Below, one piece after another: positions 1 to 12,845 of a stretch of DNA of 64,000 nucleotides. This DNA comes from Podarcis muralis (taxonomy: Eukaryota), in contig NC_135655.1 in assembly GCF_964188315.1 (NCBI RefSeq), positions 73,470,001-73,534,000 of the forward strand. The letters are read 5' to 3'. The notes under the pieces were generated by a model. That model was not told the DNA's origin, did no database searches, and saw only the letters and a program-made list of their open reading frames with translations. The position numbers and the translations under genes are program-made. The stretch's first letter is position 1; every line of letters starts with the position of its first letter.

Positions 1-350
1 GAAAGGATGTTGGCGGCAGGGGGCCGCCTGAAAACAATTGTAACCCTTGGGTCCCATTGACCAGGTGGCAGAATAGTGCTGTGCAGACTCCCTAAGTCAC
101 AAATCAGTTCTCAGAGTTTGTTGGATAGATTTTCATTTTACTCCCATGCATGCACATATATTTATATAGCGCGCGCACACAAACATCATGAGTTTTTGAG
201 CGTTAATAGTAAGACTTTACAGCTTTATACCTGAACAGAGAATGCAAACTCCTGTCCTTCCTATACTGTACTATCTGTACTATCTGGTGAATGTGCTTTG
301 AAGCCTGTATAATCCACAACCCTGGTAATGCACGTTCCTGATCGCACAGG

Positions 351-575
351 CAGGGGTGTTCCGAGGCGGAGGTGGGGGGCAGTCTGCCCCGGGTGCTATT
401 CCAAAGGGGGGGGACACACAAAATGCCGACCCCCAATTGGCGGCACCTCCCAGGTTGCACACCACTCGCTATGCACCCCCTGGGACTCGCGCCACACACC
501 CCGTAGGCGGCGCACCCCCCCCCAGGACACACGCCACTCCCCCTCCGATGTGTACTGGAGCAGGTTGCTCCGCCT
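351..575. mobile_element. GC-rich MITE-like repeat (hAT-like, ends unclear)
   Basis: CpG-rich island in an AT-rich intron; gaggcggag ... ctccgccttg partial inverted ends. Confidence 0.4.
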
Positions 576-971
576 TGCGCACAGGAGCTCCTAAACACAT
601 GCAGCTGAACACATGCAGAAGTGCCCGTTAGACCTCCTTCCTCAGACCAGACAACTCAGGGAACTCTGGTTTGTTTAAACTCTAGTTAGTGAGAACAAGG
701 GAGGAGCTAACCGTGGTTCTGGTTTCTGCACAAGCTACAATTTAAACAAGCCGCAGGTCTCTGTGTTCAGTTGTCATAGGGAACTGTGGTTTGTTGAAAA
801 CTGTAGAAGATGCTTCTAATCTTTTACTCTGGCACTCAATAGAGAAGAGGGGTGAGCATGTGACCCTGATGCATGCTGCAGCTCATCCTCATCGTGGGAA
901 GCCATGGTTTCCCACTATGCTTGAACCAGACCAATGTTTTCGTACAAAAAACAATCTCTCCTTTTCCCTAG

Positions 972-1152
972 AATGACAGCCTTATAAGCTACAAATCTGA
1001 CCACAGTGCCCAAGGTCCTCTATATTTTCTTGACAACCACCACTCTCATTTTATCTTGGTGGATGAAAAAGATCTGAATGAGCCGGATGGGACTACAAGG
1101 CTACGTCTCACCTTCGAGAAACACATTTCAGAACAGCGCACTGGCTACGGAG
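972..1152 (+). CDS. TRPM5: TRPM5 coding exon 4 (human numbering)
   Basis: ttccctag acceptor, G|GTGGG donor; NDSLISYKSDHSAQGPLYFLDNHHSHFILVDEKDLNEPDGTTRLRLTFEKHISEQRTGYG matches the TRPM MHR motifs SHFILV and EKHISEQR. Confidence 0.92.
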
Positions 1153-1854
1153 GTGGGCAGACGTGAAAAAGGAAAGATGAGCCCTAGATTATTACTTGGG
1201 TTCCTTGCAATTACAAGGACATTTGTTTAAATACAGATGATAGGATTATTATTTATAATAGTCTACTACTGATATTATATAGAAAATCTTGCCTTTTATT
1301 ATCCCAGCAAAGATTAAATGGACCCCATTTCCCAATAAATTAGTTGTCTTTTCATTTGCCTTCCCTTACTCTTATCAAATTTGTCAGTCTGACCACATAA
1401 GCCTGAGGAGATTTCACCCCTCCCATTGCCGTCTCCCAGGCTTTAGATAATCAAAAGTCAGTAGAGGGTGACAGAGGGATTTTCTGTTTTTGACAAATCA
1501 CAATTTTAGTTGCTTTTAACAAGTGAGCTGGCAGTTCAAAATCCTCCTCTAGTATAACACCCTTAAGATATCCAAACAATATCCAGCAAGGAGTCTGAAG
1601 AGCACAGAAGGCTAATAGCATTCAATGCAATTTCTGGTGGCTGAATGTAGGATAGGATAACCTTACAATGGATATCCCCAAACTATGTCATTATCTTTTA
1701 ACTAGGTATAAAAAATATACCATAGCCTGTTGTTGTCCTTGCCGGGGAGAAGCAGGGTTGATATGCTTGCAGATGGGGGAAACAAATGAACAGCTGAGAT
1801 AATAGAACTGCATAGATTTTATTAACTTAAATATTTAATCCTCTATTGATCTAG

Positions 1855-1919
1855 GAACAGGCAGCATTGAAATCCCTGTGCTCTGCTTGCTTGTGAATGG
1901 AAGACCGAACATACTCGAG
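1855..1919 (+). CDS. TRPM5: TRPM5 exon 5
   Basis: AG..GT bounded, phase 1-0; TGSIEIPVLCLLVNGRPNILE. Confidence 0.93.
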
Positions 1920-2141
1920 GTAAAGAGCTAATCATCTTGTTTAAATAAGAGAGGAAGCTATTTAAGCAAATATTCAGGTGCCTTACACTTAGCCAAACAG
2001 TGTGCTGGACATAAAATGTAGACCAAGAAAAATAATGGCTCCAAGCCTGCTTTTTTTGCTGATAAGTGACAGAAAAAGATTCAAAAGTCACAGAGGGACC
2101 ACACTTTTATTGGGAGTAACTCAAATTTTCCAAAATAGTGA

Positions 2142-2180
2142 GCAAGCCTTTGAGTTCTCTAGAACTCATCTTTAGGCTGG
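2142..2180 (-). ncRNA. decayed Penelope-type hammerhead ribozyme motif
   Basis: minus strand CTAAAGA-T-GAGTTC(TAGA)GAACTC-AAAGGCTT; stem II intact, core mutated. Confidence 0.5.
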
Positions 2181-3725
2181 ATGGTTAATAAAACAAGAGA
2201 GGAAGGAGAGAGGAAGTTGGACACAATGTTGAAATCCAAAAAGCTTAAGGCGGCTCAACAGGCTTAGGTAGATTCACCTGTTTGGTGTAGGTGAAGGCAC
2301 CACCAGCACACAGCACAGGGATTGTCCACACTTCTGCTTGTTCCATGCCTGGAAAGCATAGGTCCAAGAGGTCTTATGTTTGCTCCACCTCTTTCCCCAA
2401 GAAAACTCGCTCTTTAGCGCTGAATCAGAGCAAATGTCAATCCACCGAAAACCCGACTGATGTTTTCTCCAGTTCAGCGGTAAAGATCGGGTTTCCCAGG
2501 TGAGAAGCAGCAGGGCAAGTGGAAGTCTGGATGAGGCTATAGCTGCGTATGAGCCAGAGTTCCTTGTAAGGTATGTTTATGTGGTTGCCAGCTAGTGACC
2601 AAAAGGCAAAAGGGTTTTTGAGAAAAAGCGGGAACAGAACATGCTCGGGGCCCATCTGCTTGGGTGTTGTTCAAAGATGGATGCCAGACTGGAAACTGTG
2701 CTACAGAAACCAAGAAATAAAACCAGCTATTGTTCATCTTACAGTTCCAGCATGGCCCCCTGCTCTTGACAGCTGTGGGAAGCCCTTTAATTTGTTTTGA
2801 ATTTTGTTTTGGGCCCAACTCTGAAAGGAATGTGGGGCCCTGGCAGCTGGACTTACCAGCTGGATTCAGTTCATGGCATCTCCAAGAAATGCTGAGAAAG
2901 ACTCCTGCCCAGAGCCCCGGGGAGCTGCTGCCAATCATGGCAGACAGTATTCAGCTAGACGGACCAATCATCTGACTCGATATAAGATGAGCTTCCTATG
3001 TACTGTCACCATTTACATTCTCCCCCACAATGTGGCGCCAGTGATACAGAAAGGGGAAATTCAAATGACACTGGCAAAAACAGTGTCATGGGCCTGGCAT
3101 CCTTGTCAGTGGGATTGCTGCTATGCCAGTCTGCTATGCCAGTCTGCTATGCCAGAAAGAGCAACCTGGTGGCACTGGGCCTGCATTACTAGACTCATCA
3201 GTGCTGACACCATTTTCATTTTCTCCCAGTGCCAGAGCAATGCCCATGACCCTGGAGTGTCATTTCACATGAAGGTAGTTCTTAGAAAATGTTATTCAAC
3301 AATGGCTAAAGACAACATTTTTTTATGAATGCAAAACCACTTCAGCACATGTGCTTGTCCAGCTACTGAAAAAGAAAAAAAGCTTTTCGATTGAAGAGTC
3401 CTGGGATTTCACTATTGAACAATTCATTAAAATAAGATCCATCTCTTACATTTTCTTTGAGAAATGGGCCACAGTCTAGTCTAAGAATTGTAACCTTACT
3501 GGGGTCACTATCAGGCTAATTCAACAAACCTTTTGCAAAGATAGCAATCTAGATAACAAAATGCAACATAGGGGTTCAGTTATTTCTGAGAATGTCACTT
3601 TAGGCAGCAGTCCAATACATACAACTAGCTGGGCTTGTTTGTGCAAAGTAACTTTGCATAACATTGCATTTTCATGTTATTTGAACATGTATGGTCTCAT
3701 CATTTTTATTGTTTTTTTTTAACAG

Positions 3726-3917
3726 CGAATTTGCAGGGGACTGGAAAATTCTGCCCCTTGGCTCATCTTGGCTGGATCTGGTGGCATAGCTGACATCTTA
3801 GCTGCACTTATGAATGAGCCACACTTAATTGTGCCACAGGTGGTAGAAAAACAGTTAAAAGAAAAATTCCCCACAGAGGATTTCTTGGGGACAGACATTC
3901 TTCAGTGGACTGCGGTG
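3726..3917 (+). CDS. TRPM5: TRPM5 exon 6
   Basis: poly-T/aacag acceptor; RICRGLENSAPWLILAGSGGIADILAALMNEPHLIVPQVVEKQLKEKFP...WTAV; GTAAAT donor. Confidence 0.93.
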
Positions 3918-4156
3918 GTAAATTGACTTCTTGGTATTTTGTAGTCATCAAATGCATTTACAGACTATGAGCAGTTTGCAGTAAACACCTATCCACTCTA
4001 TTGTCCACCATCCTGGGCTATACTTTCGTGCATTTCTAAACTCCAGCCATTCTTTCACCTCCTTAATCTTTCTTAAATGAGACCAACCCCCCACCCCGTA
4101 CTTCTCTTTCCCTTTTCATTTTGTAATACTAAGGATTTTGTATACAAGTGCTTGAT

Positions 4157-4853
4157 CATAAAACTGTAGAGTTGGAAGGGACCTTGAGGGTGATCTAATC
4201 CAACTCCATGCAATGCAGCAGTCTCAACTACTGTAACCTAAACATGACAGATGGCCATCCACACTCAACTTGAAAACCTTCAAGTCCATCACCTTTCGTG
4301 GAAGTCTGTTTCACTATCAAACAGCTCTTACACTCAGAACATTCTTCCTGTTGTTTAGTTGGAATCAGGGCTGTCTTAAGCATATGCAGCGCCGGGGTGC
4401 AAAGATCCTCCTGGCGCCCACCCCCAGGTTGCCCAGGCCTAGGCACGCACGAGGGCGGAGCCAGCCAGCCGCCTCAGCGTCTCACTGGCTCGGTCACCCC
4501 CGAACTCACAGTGCAGAGCCACCCACAGCAGAAGAGCCTGTCGCGGAGCTCTGATGACTGGGGGGCTCTTCCCTGGACTCAATTCTCAGGCCCCAGACTC
4601 TCGGTCTAGCACACCTGACAGCCTGGCGCCCGGGTGCCTTGCACCCTTAGCACCTATGGGTAAGATGGCCCTGGTTGGAATCTCCTTTCTTATAACTAGA
4701 ATCCACTAGTTGAGGTCCCAGCCTCCAGGGCAGGAGGAAACAAGCTTGCTCCATCTTCCATGTGACAGCCCTTTAGATATTTGAAGATGGCTATTACATC
4801 TCTTCTCAGTCTCCTCTTTACCAGGATAAACATATCAACTCCCTCAACCGTTC
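4157..4853 (-). mobile_element. CR1 LINE 3' fragment (interrupted by a hAT MITE)
   Basis: CR1 tail catagagttggaagggacc-like sequence and degenerate ORF2 end. Confidence 0.75.
4366..4673. mobile_element. hAT MITE with 8-bp TSD
   Basis: TIR cagggctgtctta/taagatggccctg; TSD gttggaat at 4358-4365 and 4674-4681. Confidence 0.85.
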
Positions 4854-4875
4854 ATATATAGATTCTCCTTGTTTG

Positions 4876-4877
4876 GT

Positions 4878-4956
<79 letters not shown>
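4876..4956 (+). repeat. compound (TG)n(AG)n microsatellite
   Basis: seen directly. Confidence 0.95.
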
Positions 4957-4960
<4 letters not shown>

Positions 4961-5225
4961 AAACTGGCCCCCAAAGGTCTTTGCTTTGGTTCTGACTTTC
5001 TTATCCCTTGGTAAGGAATGAAATGATTTGTAACTAAAGCCTGAGTATTTTGTATATTTTGGGTGATATCAAGTGTTAGTCATAGAGCAGATGCATTGAA
5101 AGCAGAGGTTTTAAGTAATTTACATCCATTGATGTCAGTGAGCCAACTCTGAGAATGATTTTGTTGGATTACACCATTTTTACTATAATGGAAGTGGGAA
5201 ACATCAAACTGCTTTATCTCTTTAG

Positions 5226-5328
5226 ATCCAAAGCATTCTTGTCCAGCAGCAGCTTTTAACAGTGCATAACTTTGAACAAGAAGGTTCAGAAGAACTGGAT
5301 ACAGTCATTTTGAAAGCACTGGTTAAAG
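5226..5328 (+). CDS. TRPM5: TRPM5 exon 7
   Basis: IQSILVQQQLLTVHNFEQEGSEELDTVILKALVK; G|GTAAC donor. Confidence 0.94.
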
Positions 5329-5588
5329 GTAACATGTTTTTAATATATGTTGTCTATTTAAAAAAAGAAGGCTCCCTAATCCAGTACTACCTCATTTAAT
5401 TTCTTTATAAATTTCTTTTCCGGTAGACACTCAAAATGGTGGAAAATATGGATAAAACCACCAATATACAAAACAATTCTATTTCAAACAATTTAAAAAT
5501 AATAAAACAATAGTAAAGTCATAAGACCACTGCAGACTAAAGGCTCACTGAAATTGGAAAATATTTACTCTCTCCCTAAACTCTAAAA

Positions 5589-5936
5589 GGGATGTGGGTG
5601 GCGCTGTGGGTTAAACCACAGAGCCTAGGACTTGCCGATCAGAAGGTTGGCAGTTCAAATCCCCGTGACAGGGTGAGCTCCCGTTGCTCGGTCCCTGCTC
5701 CTGCCAACCTAGCAGTTCGAAAGCATGTCAAAGTGCAAGTAGATAAATAGGTACCGCTCCAGCGGGAAGGTAAACAGCATTGCCATGTGCTGCTCTGGTT
5801 CGCCAGAAGCAGCTTAGTCATGCTGGCCACATGACCCAGAAGCTGTATGCTGGCTCTCTCGGCCAATAAAGTGAGATGAGCGCAGAGTCAGTCATGACTG
5901 GACCTAATGGTCAGGGGTCCCTTTACCTTTACCTTT
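5589..5936 (+). mobile_element. Sauria SINE, full length
   Basis: tRNA head (TGGCGCTGTGG A box, AGTTCAAATCC B box), (ACCTTT)n tail, TSD aaactctaaaa. Confidence 0.9.
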
Positions 5937-6070
5937 AAACTCTAAAAGGAGTCATATGAAATAAGAAAGTCAATGAAAAACAATCACACTCTGGTAGAAG
6001 CTTATGAATGACAGACTAATGATGGTTAAATTTTCGTATTTACTTTGTTCAGTGCCATTTCCCAAGTTAA

Positions 6071-6429
6071 AAAGGTAAAGGGACCCCTGACCATTAGGTC
6101 CAGTCATGACCAACTCTGGGGTTGCGGCGCTCATCTCACTTTATTGGCCGAGGGAGCCGGCGTACAGCTTCTGGGTCATGTGGCCAGCATGACTAAGCCG
6201 CTTCTGGCAAACCAGAGCAGCGCACAGAAACACCGTTTACCTTCCCGCCGGAGTGGTACCTATTTATCTACTTGCACTTTGGCGTGCTTTTGAACTGCTA
6301 GGTTGGCAGGAGCAGGGACCGAGCAATGGGAGCTCACCCTGTCATGGGGATTCGAACCTTCTGATTGGCACCTTCTGATTGGCAAGCCCTAGGCTCTGTG
6401 GTTTAACCCACAGCACCACCCGCATCCCT
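6071..6429 (-). mobile_element. Sauria SINE, full length
   Basis: same family, inverted; 14-bp TSD atttcccaagttaa at 6057-6070 and 6430-6443. Confidence 0.9.
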
Positions 6430-6716
6430 ATTTCCCAAGTTAAGTTGGCTTAATTGAATTGTAATGCTTTTAATGTAGTGAAAACATTTTTTAAAAAACC
6501 AACAAACCTTGAAACTTTCAGAAAATAGGATTCAAAGTAAAGTTTTTTTTATTTTATTAACTATTGAGGGTTTGGGGCTGCAGTCCTAGACACACTTCAG
6601 AGCAAATCCCACTGAACTTCTGAGACTTATTTCTGAGTAAACATGCATAGGATTGACATGTTAATCCATTCTAAAGGCGCATGATTAATGTATTCTTATT
6701 TTATGTTTATGGGTAG

Positions 6717-6835
6717 CCTGTAAAAGTCATAGTCAGGAAGCCCAAGAATACCTGGATGAGCTGAAGCTGGCTGTGGCCTGGAACAGAGTGGATATAGCCA
6801 AGAGTGAAATATTCAATGGAGATGTTGAGTGGAAG
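6717..6835 (+). CDS. TRPM5: TRPM5 exon 8
   Basis: (A)[39 protein letters not shown]; AG..GTAGG. Confidence 0.95.
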
Positions 6836-7598
6836 GTAGGGTTTGGTTTGTTTCGGTTTTTTCATGCTTGAGTTGCTTATACTAAAGTTGGTAACTTTAG
6901 CATCTGCCGGCGAATGAAGTTTTTGAGTTATGCACATGAGTAATCTTCTTCACCAATCCTGAAGAAGTCATCTAAAAGTTGAACAGTTGAAAAGGGCCTA
7001 AGATTAATGTTCATATCTGATGCCATTGCATCCTCAAAGCACTCCACTGTCAGGAATCCCAGGGCTGGTCTACATCCTCGACCGGCATTTCTGTGATAAA
7101 AATTCCCCAAATGTTTATTCCAGAAGAAGTGATAGAAATCAGCTTTCTTCCAAAATGCATCTCAGTGAAGGATATGTAGGGCTCTCCTTTAAGTATCTAA
7201 TTCAGACTCTGATCAGACCTGTTTAAACTTTAGCAAGTCATCTATGACCTGGACCACTTTCAGTTTCATCACAGTTTGTTTATTTATTTATAATATATAC
7301 TTGACTGCCCAATCAACAGAGTCCTCTAGGTAGTTCACACAAGAGTTCAACTGAAACATTATAAGATTAATTAAAGTATTTAGAACATTAAACCAAATGT
7401 TCAACGTCTTGCCTAAAAACTGGGACAAACTGAGATAACAGGATTGAAACCAAGCAGAAATCATTTGTTTCAAGGGCAAAGAAACATAGTTTTAAAATGT
7501 CCAGGAGAATAGAACGGTCCTTGCTTGGTGCTGAAGAGGATCTTTGTGTAGCCATCAGACAAGTCTCATTGAGCAAAGCACATAGTGAGTCTCCCACC

Positions 7599-7873
7599 CA
7601 GTGCCAGATTTATGTATAAGCTAAACAAGCTATAGCTTAGGGCCCCACTCTCTTGGGGGCCCCAAAAATTGTAAAGGAAAAAACCTGGATGTACATTTCC
7701 AAAATATAAAATAAAATAGAATAAAACCTGCATACAGCAACAGTGTTTTGTGTTGTGTATGGACCTAATAAATTACCATATAGCATATATTCAACACAAA
7801 AAACAGTGACAATTTGTTGTTGACAAATTACCTTCAGTAGCTTAGGGCCTCATCAAACCTAAATCCGGCCCTG
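7599..7873. mobile_element. hAT-like MITE
   Basis: TIR cagtgccagattta/taaatccggccctg; no TSD recovered. Confidence 0.6.
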
Positions 7874-8165
7874 GTCTTACTACTTAATACCTGAGACGTA
7901 GAACAGGGTGTGGGCTCAATGAATGAGAGCTACTGCTCATACCATTGGTTCTACCAGAGAACACTGCCAGGAGAATTTGCCAAAGGGATGCAGACCAGTC
8001 CACACAGTGCATGCAATGTCTAGACCAGTACCTAATTGAGCAGCGAAGGACAAAAAGCTCACATCCTAAGCATATTGATTGTTTCTATTCTTAGCTATGT
8101 AATGGCTCTCTCAGGGTGCAGTGCAAGGCAGCTACTTAACCTGATGAATGAACAGTCATAAGGTT

Positions 8166-8231
8166 TTGTTGTTTAGTCATTTAGTTGTGTCTGTCTCTTC
8201 ATGACCCCATGGACCAGAGCACGCCAGGCAT
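8166..8231 (-). mobile_element. BovB (RTE) 3' tip
   Basis: ttgttgtttagtcatttag...ccccatggaccagagcacgccagg; same as the 3' end at 61710. Confidence 0.75.
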
Positions 8232-8508
8232 AAAGTAGTACAGTACATTATCTGCATATTGCTCCTTTGGTGCAAAATTGTTGTATGGTAAACTGGTCCA
8301 GTCCAGAAGCTATTTAACAGGGTTTGTATGCTTGCTGTGGCAGATTGAAATGTGCCAGGATGTAAAGTTCTCCTTACCTTGTTTTTGTCTGTCTGGTCCA
8401 ATGGACCTCCTTGCTCCGGTTTGCATGCGGCAAGAATGTCACAATTCCTAATGCTAATAACTACTGCAATGGAATTTCTTTTTCCTTTTGCATTTCTTGT
8501 ACACTCAG

Positions 8509-8859
8509 TCATGTGACCTAGAGGAAGTGATGATGGATGCCCTGGTGAATGACAAGCCTGAATTTGTCAAGTTGTTCATTGATAATGGGGCCAACATGTA
8601 TGACTTCCTGACCTACAGCCGTCTTCAGAGACTCTACTGTACCATCTCGCCAAAGTGCCTCCTCTATTCGCTTCTGCTTAAAAAACATGAGGAAAGCAGA
8701 CTCACCTTGGCAGGGATGAGTGGTCAACAGCACAAGGAAGCAATGGACACTTGCCCTCTCTTCACTCTTCATGAGGTTTCCAGGGTGCTGAAGGACTTCC
8801 TTCACGATGCATGCAGAGGCTTCTACCAAGACCCTAAATCTGGAAGCAAGAAGAAAGCC
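8509..8859 (+). CDS. TRPM5: TRPM5 exon 9
   Basis: [23 protein letters not shown]...[30 protein letters not shown]; GTAAGT donor; 351 nt. Confidence 0.95.
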
Positions 8860-10627
8860 GTAAGTTTCTCAAAAACATAGGGAGTGTTGAACACAAGGCA
8901 TGGCCCTTTGGGACCCAGTATATAACCACTGGCATACCACCCAATTCCATTATTTTCAGGTCCAAGAAGTCACAGATGATAAGCTGCTGTGCTCACAAGT
9001 CAAATCACTGTTGAAATGGCCTGAATGTGTCATTGAAATCCTTAAGGCAATATGCCTTTCATCTGTAAAATGTGGGAGGCATCAGAAACTTGGACATTGT
9101 CCACTTTCACAATTTTCTTCCTTCTAGGGCTGGGAAGGACAACCTATGGCTCTCAAAAACGGTGGTTCACATCATCCCTGACCCCTGGCCATGCTGTCCA
9201 GGGCTGATGGGAGTTAAAGTCCACCTGGAAGGGCACAGGTTCCCAATCCCTGGTCTAGAGTTTGCAGTATTCCCCACCAGATAGCAACTCCAATGTTATT
9301 GTTTTTGCCTAGATTGCAGTTGCCTGGCTGTAATGGATAACTATTGGATATTTTTATGTGATGCTATTAGTAAATATGAAAATTCCACATTACGCACATA
9401 TATTGTTTGTTGATTTCTATGCATTTCTCCTTTCCTATGTTAGGGCATATACCGAAACTATTTTTTAATAAAATGGTGTAGCAAACTGCAAACTACCTCT
9501 TCAATGTATTGATAAAATATCACACTGTGACTTCTGGACCAGGGCTTAGAGTATTGTCCAAAGGACAAAAATGCAATCAGAATGCTCCTGTTTGACCGTA
9601 TTGAAAGATACATCATGGGGTAGTGAGGGTAAAAAATCCAAAATCAGGAATCAGATACTGATGTGGTGCTTTCACTGGGAAATGTAAGCATCAAAATGCT
9701 TACTTTTCTCTCTCTCTCAGCATAAAGGAAGCAGTAAAGGGATTGAACCGTTGAGCCTTGATTTATGTACGAGCTTTTGCATGCTAGACCTTGAGATGAC
9801 TTGCTTGAATTTTAATGAGCCACCATTAATTAGTGTCTGCTGAAAAGTGTGCTCTTGTTGCCAAAACCAAATAAAAATCTGATATAACAGAAAGCTGGGT
9901 CATATGGCTAATTGCAGCTTCTTTGCCCAATGTCTTTCAGACAGGATGTTCTCATACCTATTCATTTGTTTCCAGGACACAGTGCGCCTTTAATTCAGTA
10001 GTGACAGTGAATAAATTATCTCAGGCTACTGCCAAAAACAAAAAAACAAAATCCAAGAGGCTTATTTAAGGGAGCTGGGAGCTCTCTGGTTTTGCGTTCA
10101 GCACAGACAGAGGTGCCATTTCGGGGCTTGCAACTGGTACAGATATAAGTGCTATGCCGTGGTTTCATCCGGACAATTGGGGAACATAAAATTTGCCTGA
10201 AAACTCAGAGACGCATTATCTTTCTAAAAGGATACAAAACATATTGATAGAGGTTGCCTACATGTTTCCAGATGTTCCTTAACTCGAAGAGCATAATTAA
10301 TTTTAAAGGATATGTCCCCTCTCCTACATTACAGTGCATGGAACAGGGGATGCCGTTCCACTTATTCGGACTATGATCTGGTACATCACAATTAATAGAT
10401 GGCAGCCGTTCAGTGTGCTGTACATCCTTCTAAGCATGCCCTCTGTAGCTAATTGCTGTGGCATGGAGAAGATCCTTGTGAAGGGTTTGCTCAAGAGCCG
10501 GAGGTCTCTCCTACTTTGGAAAATTGTTTTGATATGGCTGGGATCATAACGCTTGCCTGCAAATAGAAAGATCCACTTAGGGAAGTTCCAGATAAACAGC
10601 ATTATAACAAGTTATTTGCTCCTTTAG

Positions 10628-10759
10628 GATAAGATAAGTGCAAAAAGGGTACCGAGCCCTTTGGATATGAATCAGAAAAGCGAAAATCCTTGGAGAGATT
10701 TATTCTTATGGGCAGTACTTCAAAACTGGCACAAGATGGCGTACTACTTCTGGGCGATG
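10628..10759 (+). CDS. TRPM5: TRPM5 exon 10
   Basis: [44 protein letters not shown]; GTAAGC donor. Confidence 0.93.
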
Positions 10760-10952
10760 GTAAGCTTCATAGTGCAGTGCTACAGATTTCAAATGCTTAT
10801 TTTAGCTACTTACCTGTATTTTATTGGAGGGGCAAATAGAAGATACTGGTGGGGAGAGGGAACTTAGATACCTCCCCTTCAGCAATCCAAAATGGACTCT
10901 TTACTATGGAGGCTATCATTATTGCTTTGTTTATTTCCTGCCTTTTATGATA

Positions 10953-11192
10953 CAGTGGTACCTCTGTACATTCGCTTCAGGTCACATACGCTTCAGGTTA
11001 CAGACTCCGCTAACCCAGAAATATTACCTCAGGTTAAGAACTTTGCTTCAAGATGAGAACAGAAATTGTGCTCCAGCGGCGCGGTGGCATCAGGAGGCCC
11101 CATTAGCTAAAGTGGCGCTTCAGGTTAAGAACAGTTTCAGTTTAAGTATGGACCTCCAGAACGAATTAAGTACGTAACCAGAGGTACCACTG
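10953..11192. mobile_element. Tc1/mariner (Tigger-like) MITE
   Basis: perfect 14-bp TIR cagtggtacctctg; TA TSD. Confidence 0.88.
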
Positions 11193-12844
11193 TACATTTT
11201 TGTGAGCAGGCTGCAACATCCAAAAGCAATAATAAAGCAACAGCCAGCAGGAGCAATTACAAAATATATATCAACATTGGAGAGGGAAGTGGGGAAATGC
11301 CCCATAGTGCCACCCCAGCCTTCATGCAAACCGCAGGACCACCAGTACCAGGTGTGGCCTGGCAAGCACCTTGCCTGCCTAATGCCATAGCCCACAAACT
11401 GCAAGACAGCAGATGCAGACTGTTGCCTGGAGAGGCTCCTTCCTTGCTTCTGATGTCTGATCCTATGGAGCTGCCTTACAATAAACCAGACTTAATTCCT
11501 TCCAGGGTCTCGGGCAAAGGGCTTTCAGCAAGCTCCTTTTAAATTGAGATGCTAGGAATTAATGCCCGGACCTTCTCGGGGTAAAAGGGGTAATTTGCTA
11601 TTAAGCCATTGTATCTGGGACCAGGCACAATCCCTGGATACCAGGTTGGATGAAAGAATCAGAAACCTTACTGGAAAGGGAGGGGTCAACCTGTGGTGGA
11701 CCAAGCAGGAAACCTGACATTTCTGCTTCCCCACAACTAAGGCATAAAGGAATAAACACATTGTTTCCTCTCATAAAAGGGAAGCCTGTATGCAGCGTGT
11801 GCTATAGCTTTCGGATTATGGACTCCTGAAAGGGGTTGCCCACCGCAGAGCTTGGACATGCCTGCATTACGTGAACCACAGGCAAAGAGAGCCTAAATTT
11901 ACTGAGGCAGAAGGAACAGAAACCCTCTGTTTCATCACATTGTCAAAATGTTCATTGATGCCAATTCTCTATTTACAATTCTGGGAAACCTAAAGTCCAA
12001 GGGTGATATTCAACTCAGTGTGGACAGATAAACTTCTGCTTGTGCAATGGGACTTTCCTTTACTGCCCCCTCACCGTCTCCAGATCTGTTCTGGAGGGTT
12101 GGGGGAACTGCCAGAGCAGATTAGGGGGAAGAAGAGAGGGGGAAGTTCAGTTGCGCGAGCGGAAGTCATTCCACTCATACAAAAAACTATTTAGCACCAT
12201 GAATACAACCTGTTTTTCGGGGGGGGGGGGGGGTCTCCACTGAACTGTTATTTATTAAATTTGTTAGCCATTTTATCATGCCCAGGGAAACCCAAAGCAA
12301 CTTACAACCAACCTACTATTCCTTTCCATAACCCCCTTTCCAAAATGGCACCCTAAATACATTGATATTGATGGCAGCAATGAGATAGCCACACTCTAAC
12401 CAACAGCTATACAGCCTGTATAGTACTTAGAAAGCATGGGGCAATAATCCAGCCCACCCAGAATCCAGAGGGCCCACCTTTGAGAGTCCATTCTGGGCAG
12501 CAACTGTCTCTTTAAAAACAAAAACAACCCCCACTCCCCCCAGGCATTCTAAATAACTGCCTAAAGCAGGGTCCTCAGGCATGGCAAAAAAAACCCCCCA
12601 AACCGACACCCCACATAGCACTAGATGGGAGCAATACAGTGCTTTGAAGAATTCACCTTCACAAGTTTCTTTTGGGCAGGAAAGCATTTATTGTGAGAAG
12701 CCCCCAATACAAATTTGCTTTTCACATCACTTAGAAGGAAAATGTAGCTGAATCAACTAAATTGTTGGGGTGTTTCCCATGTTAGACTTAAATCATCTTT
12801 AAGTGATTTAAACCACTTCTATAAACGCCTGAAAGTTGTCAATC

Positions 12845-12845
<1 letters not shown>

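Noticed and set aside
203-631. Overlapping 60-130 aa ORFs on both strands
   Set aside because: They coincide with a GC-rich MITE-like repeat in TRPM5 intron 3; low stop frequency explains them, and I recognise no domain.
8141-8165. CTGATGA followed by a small hairpin
   Set aside because: No GAAA after the stem and no stem I, so it is not a hammerhead.
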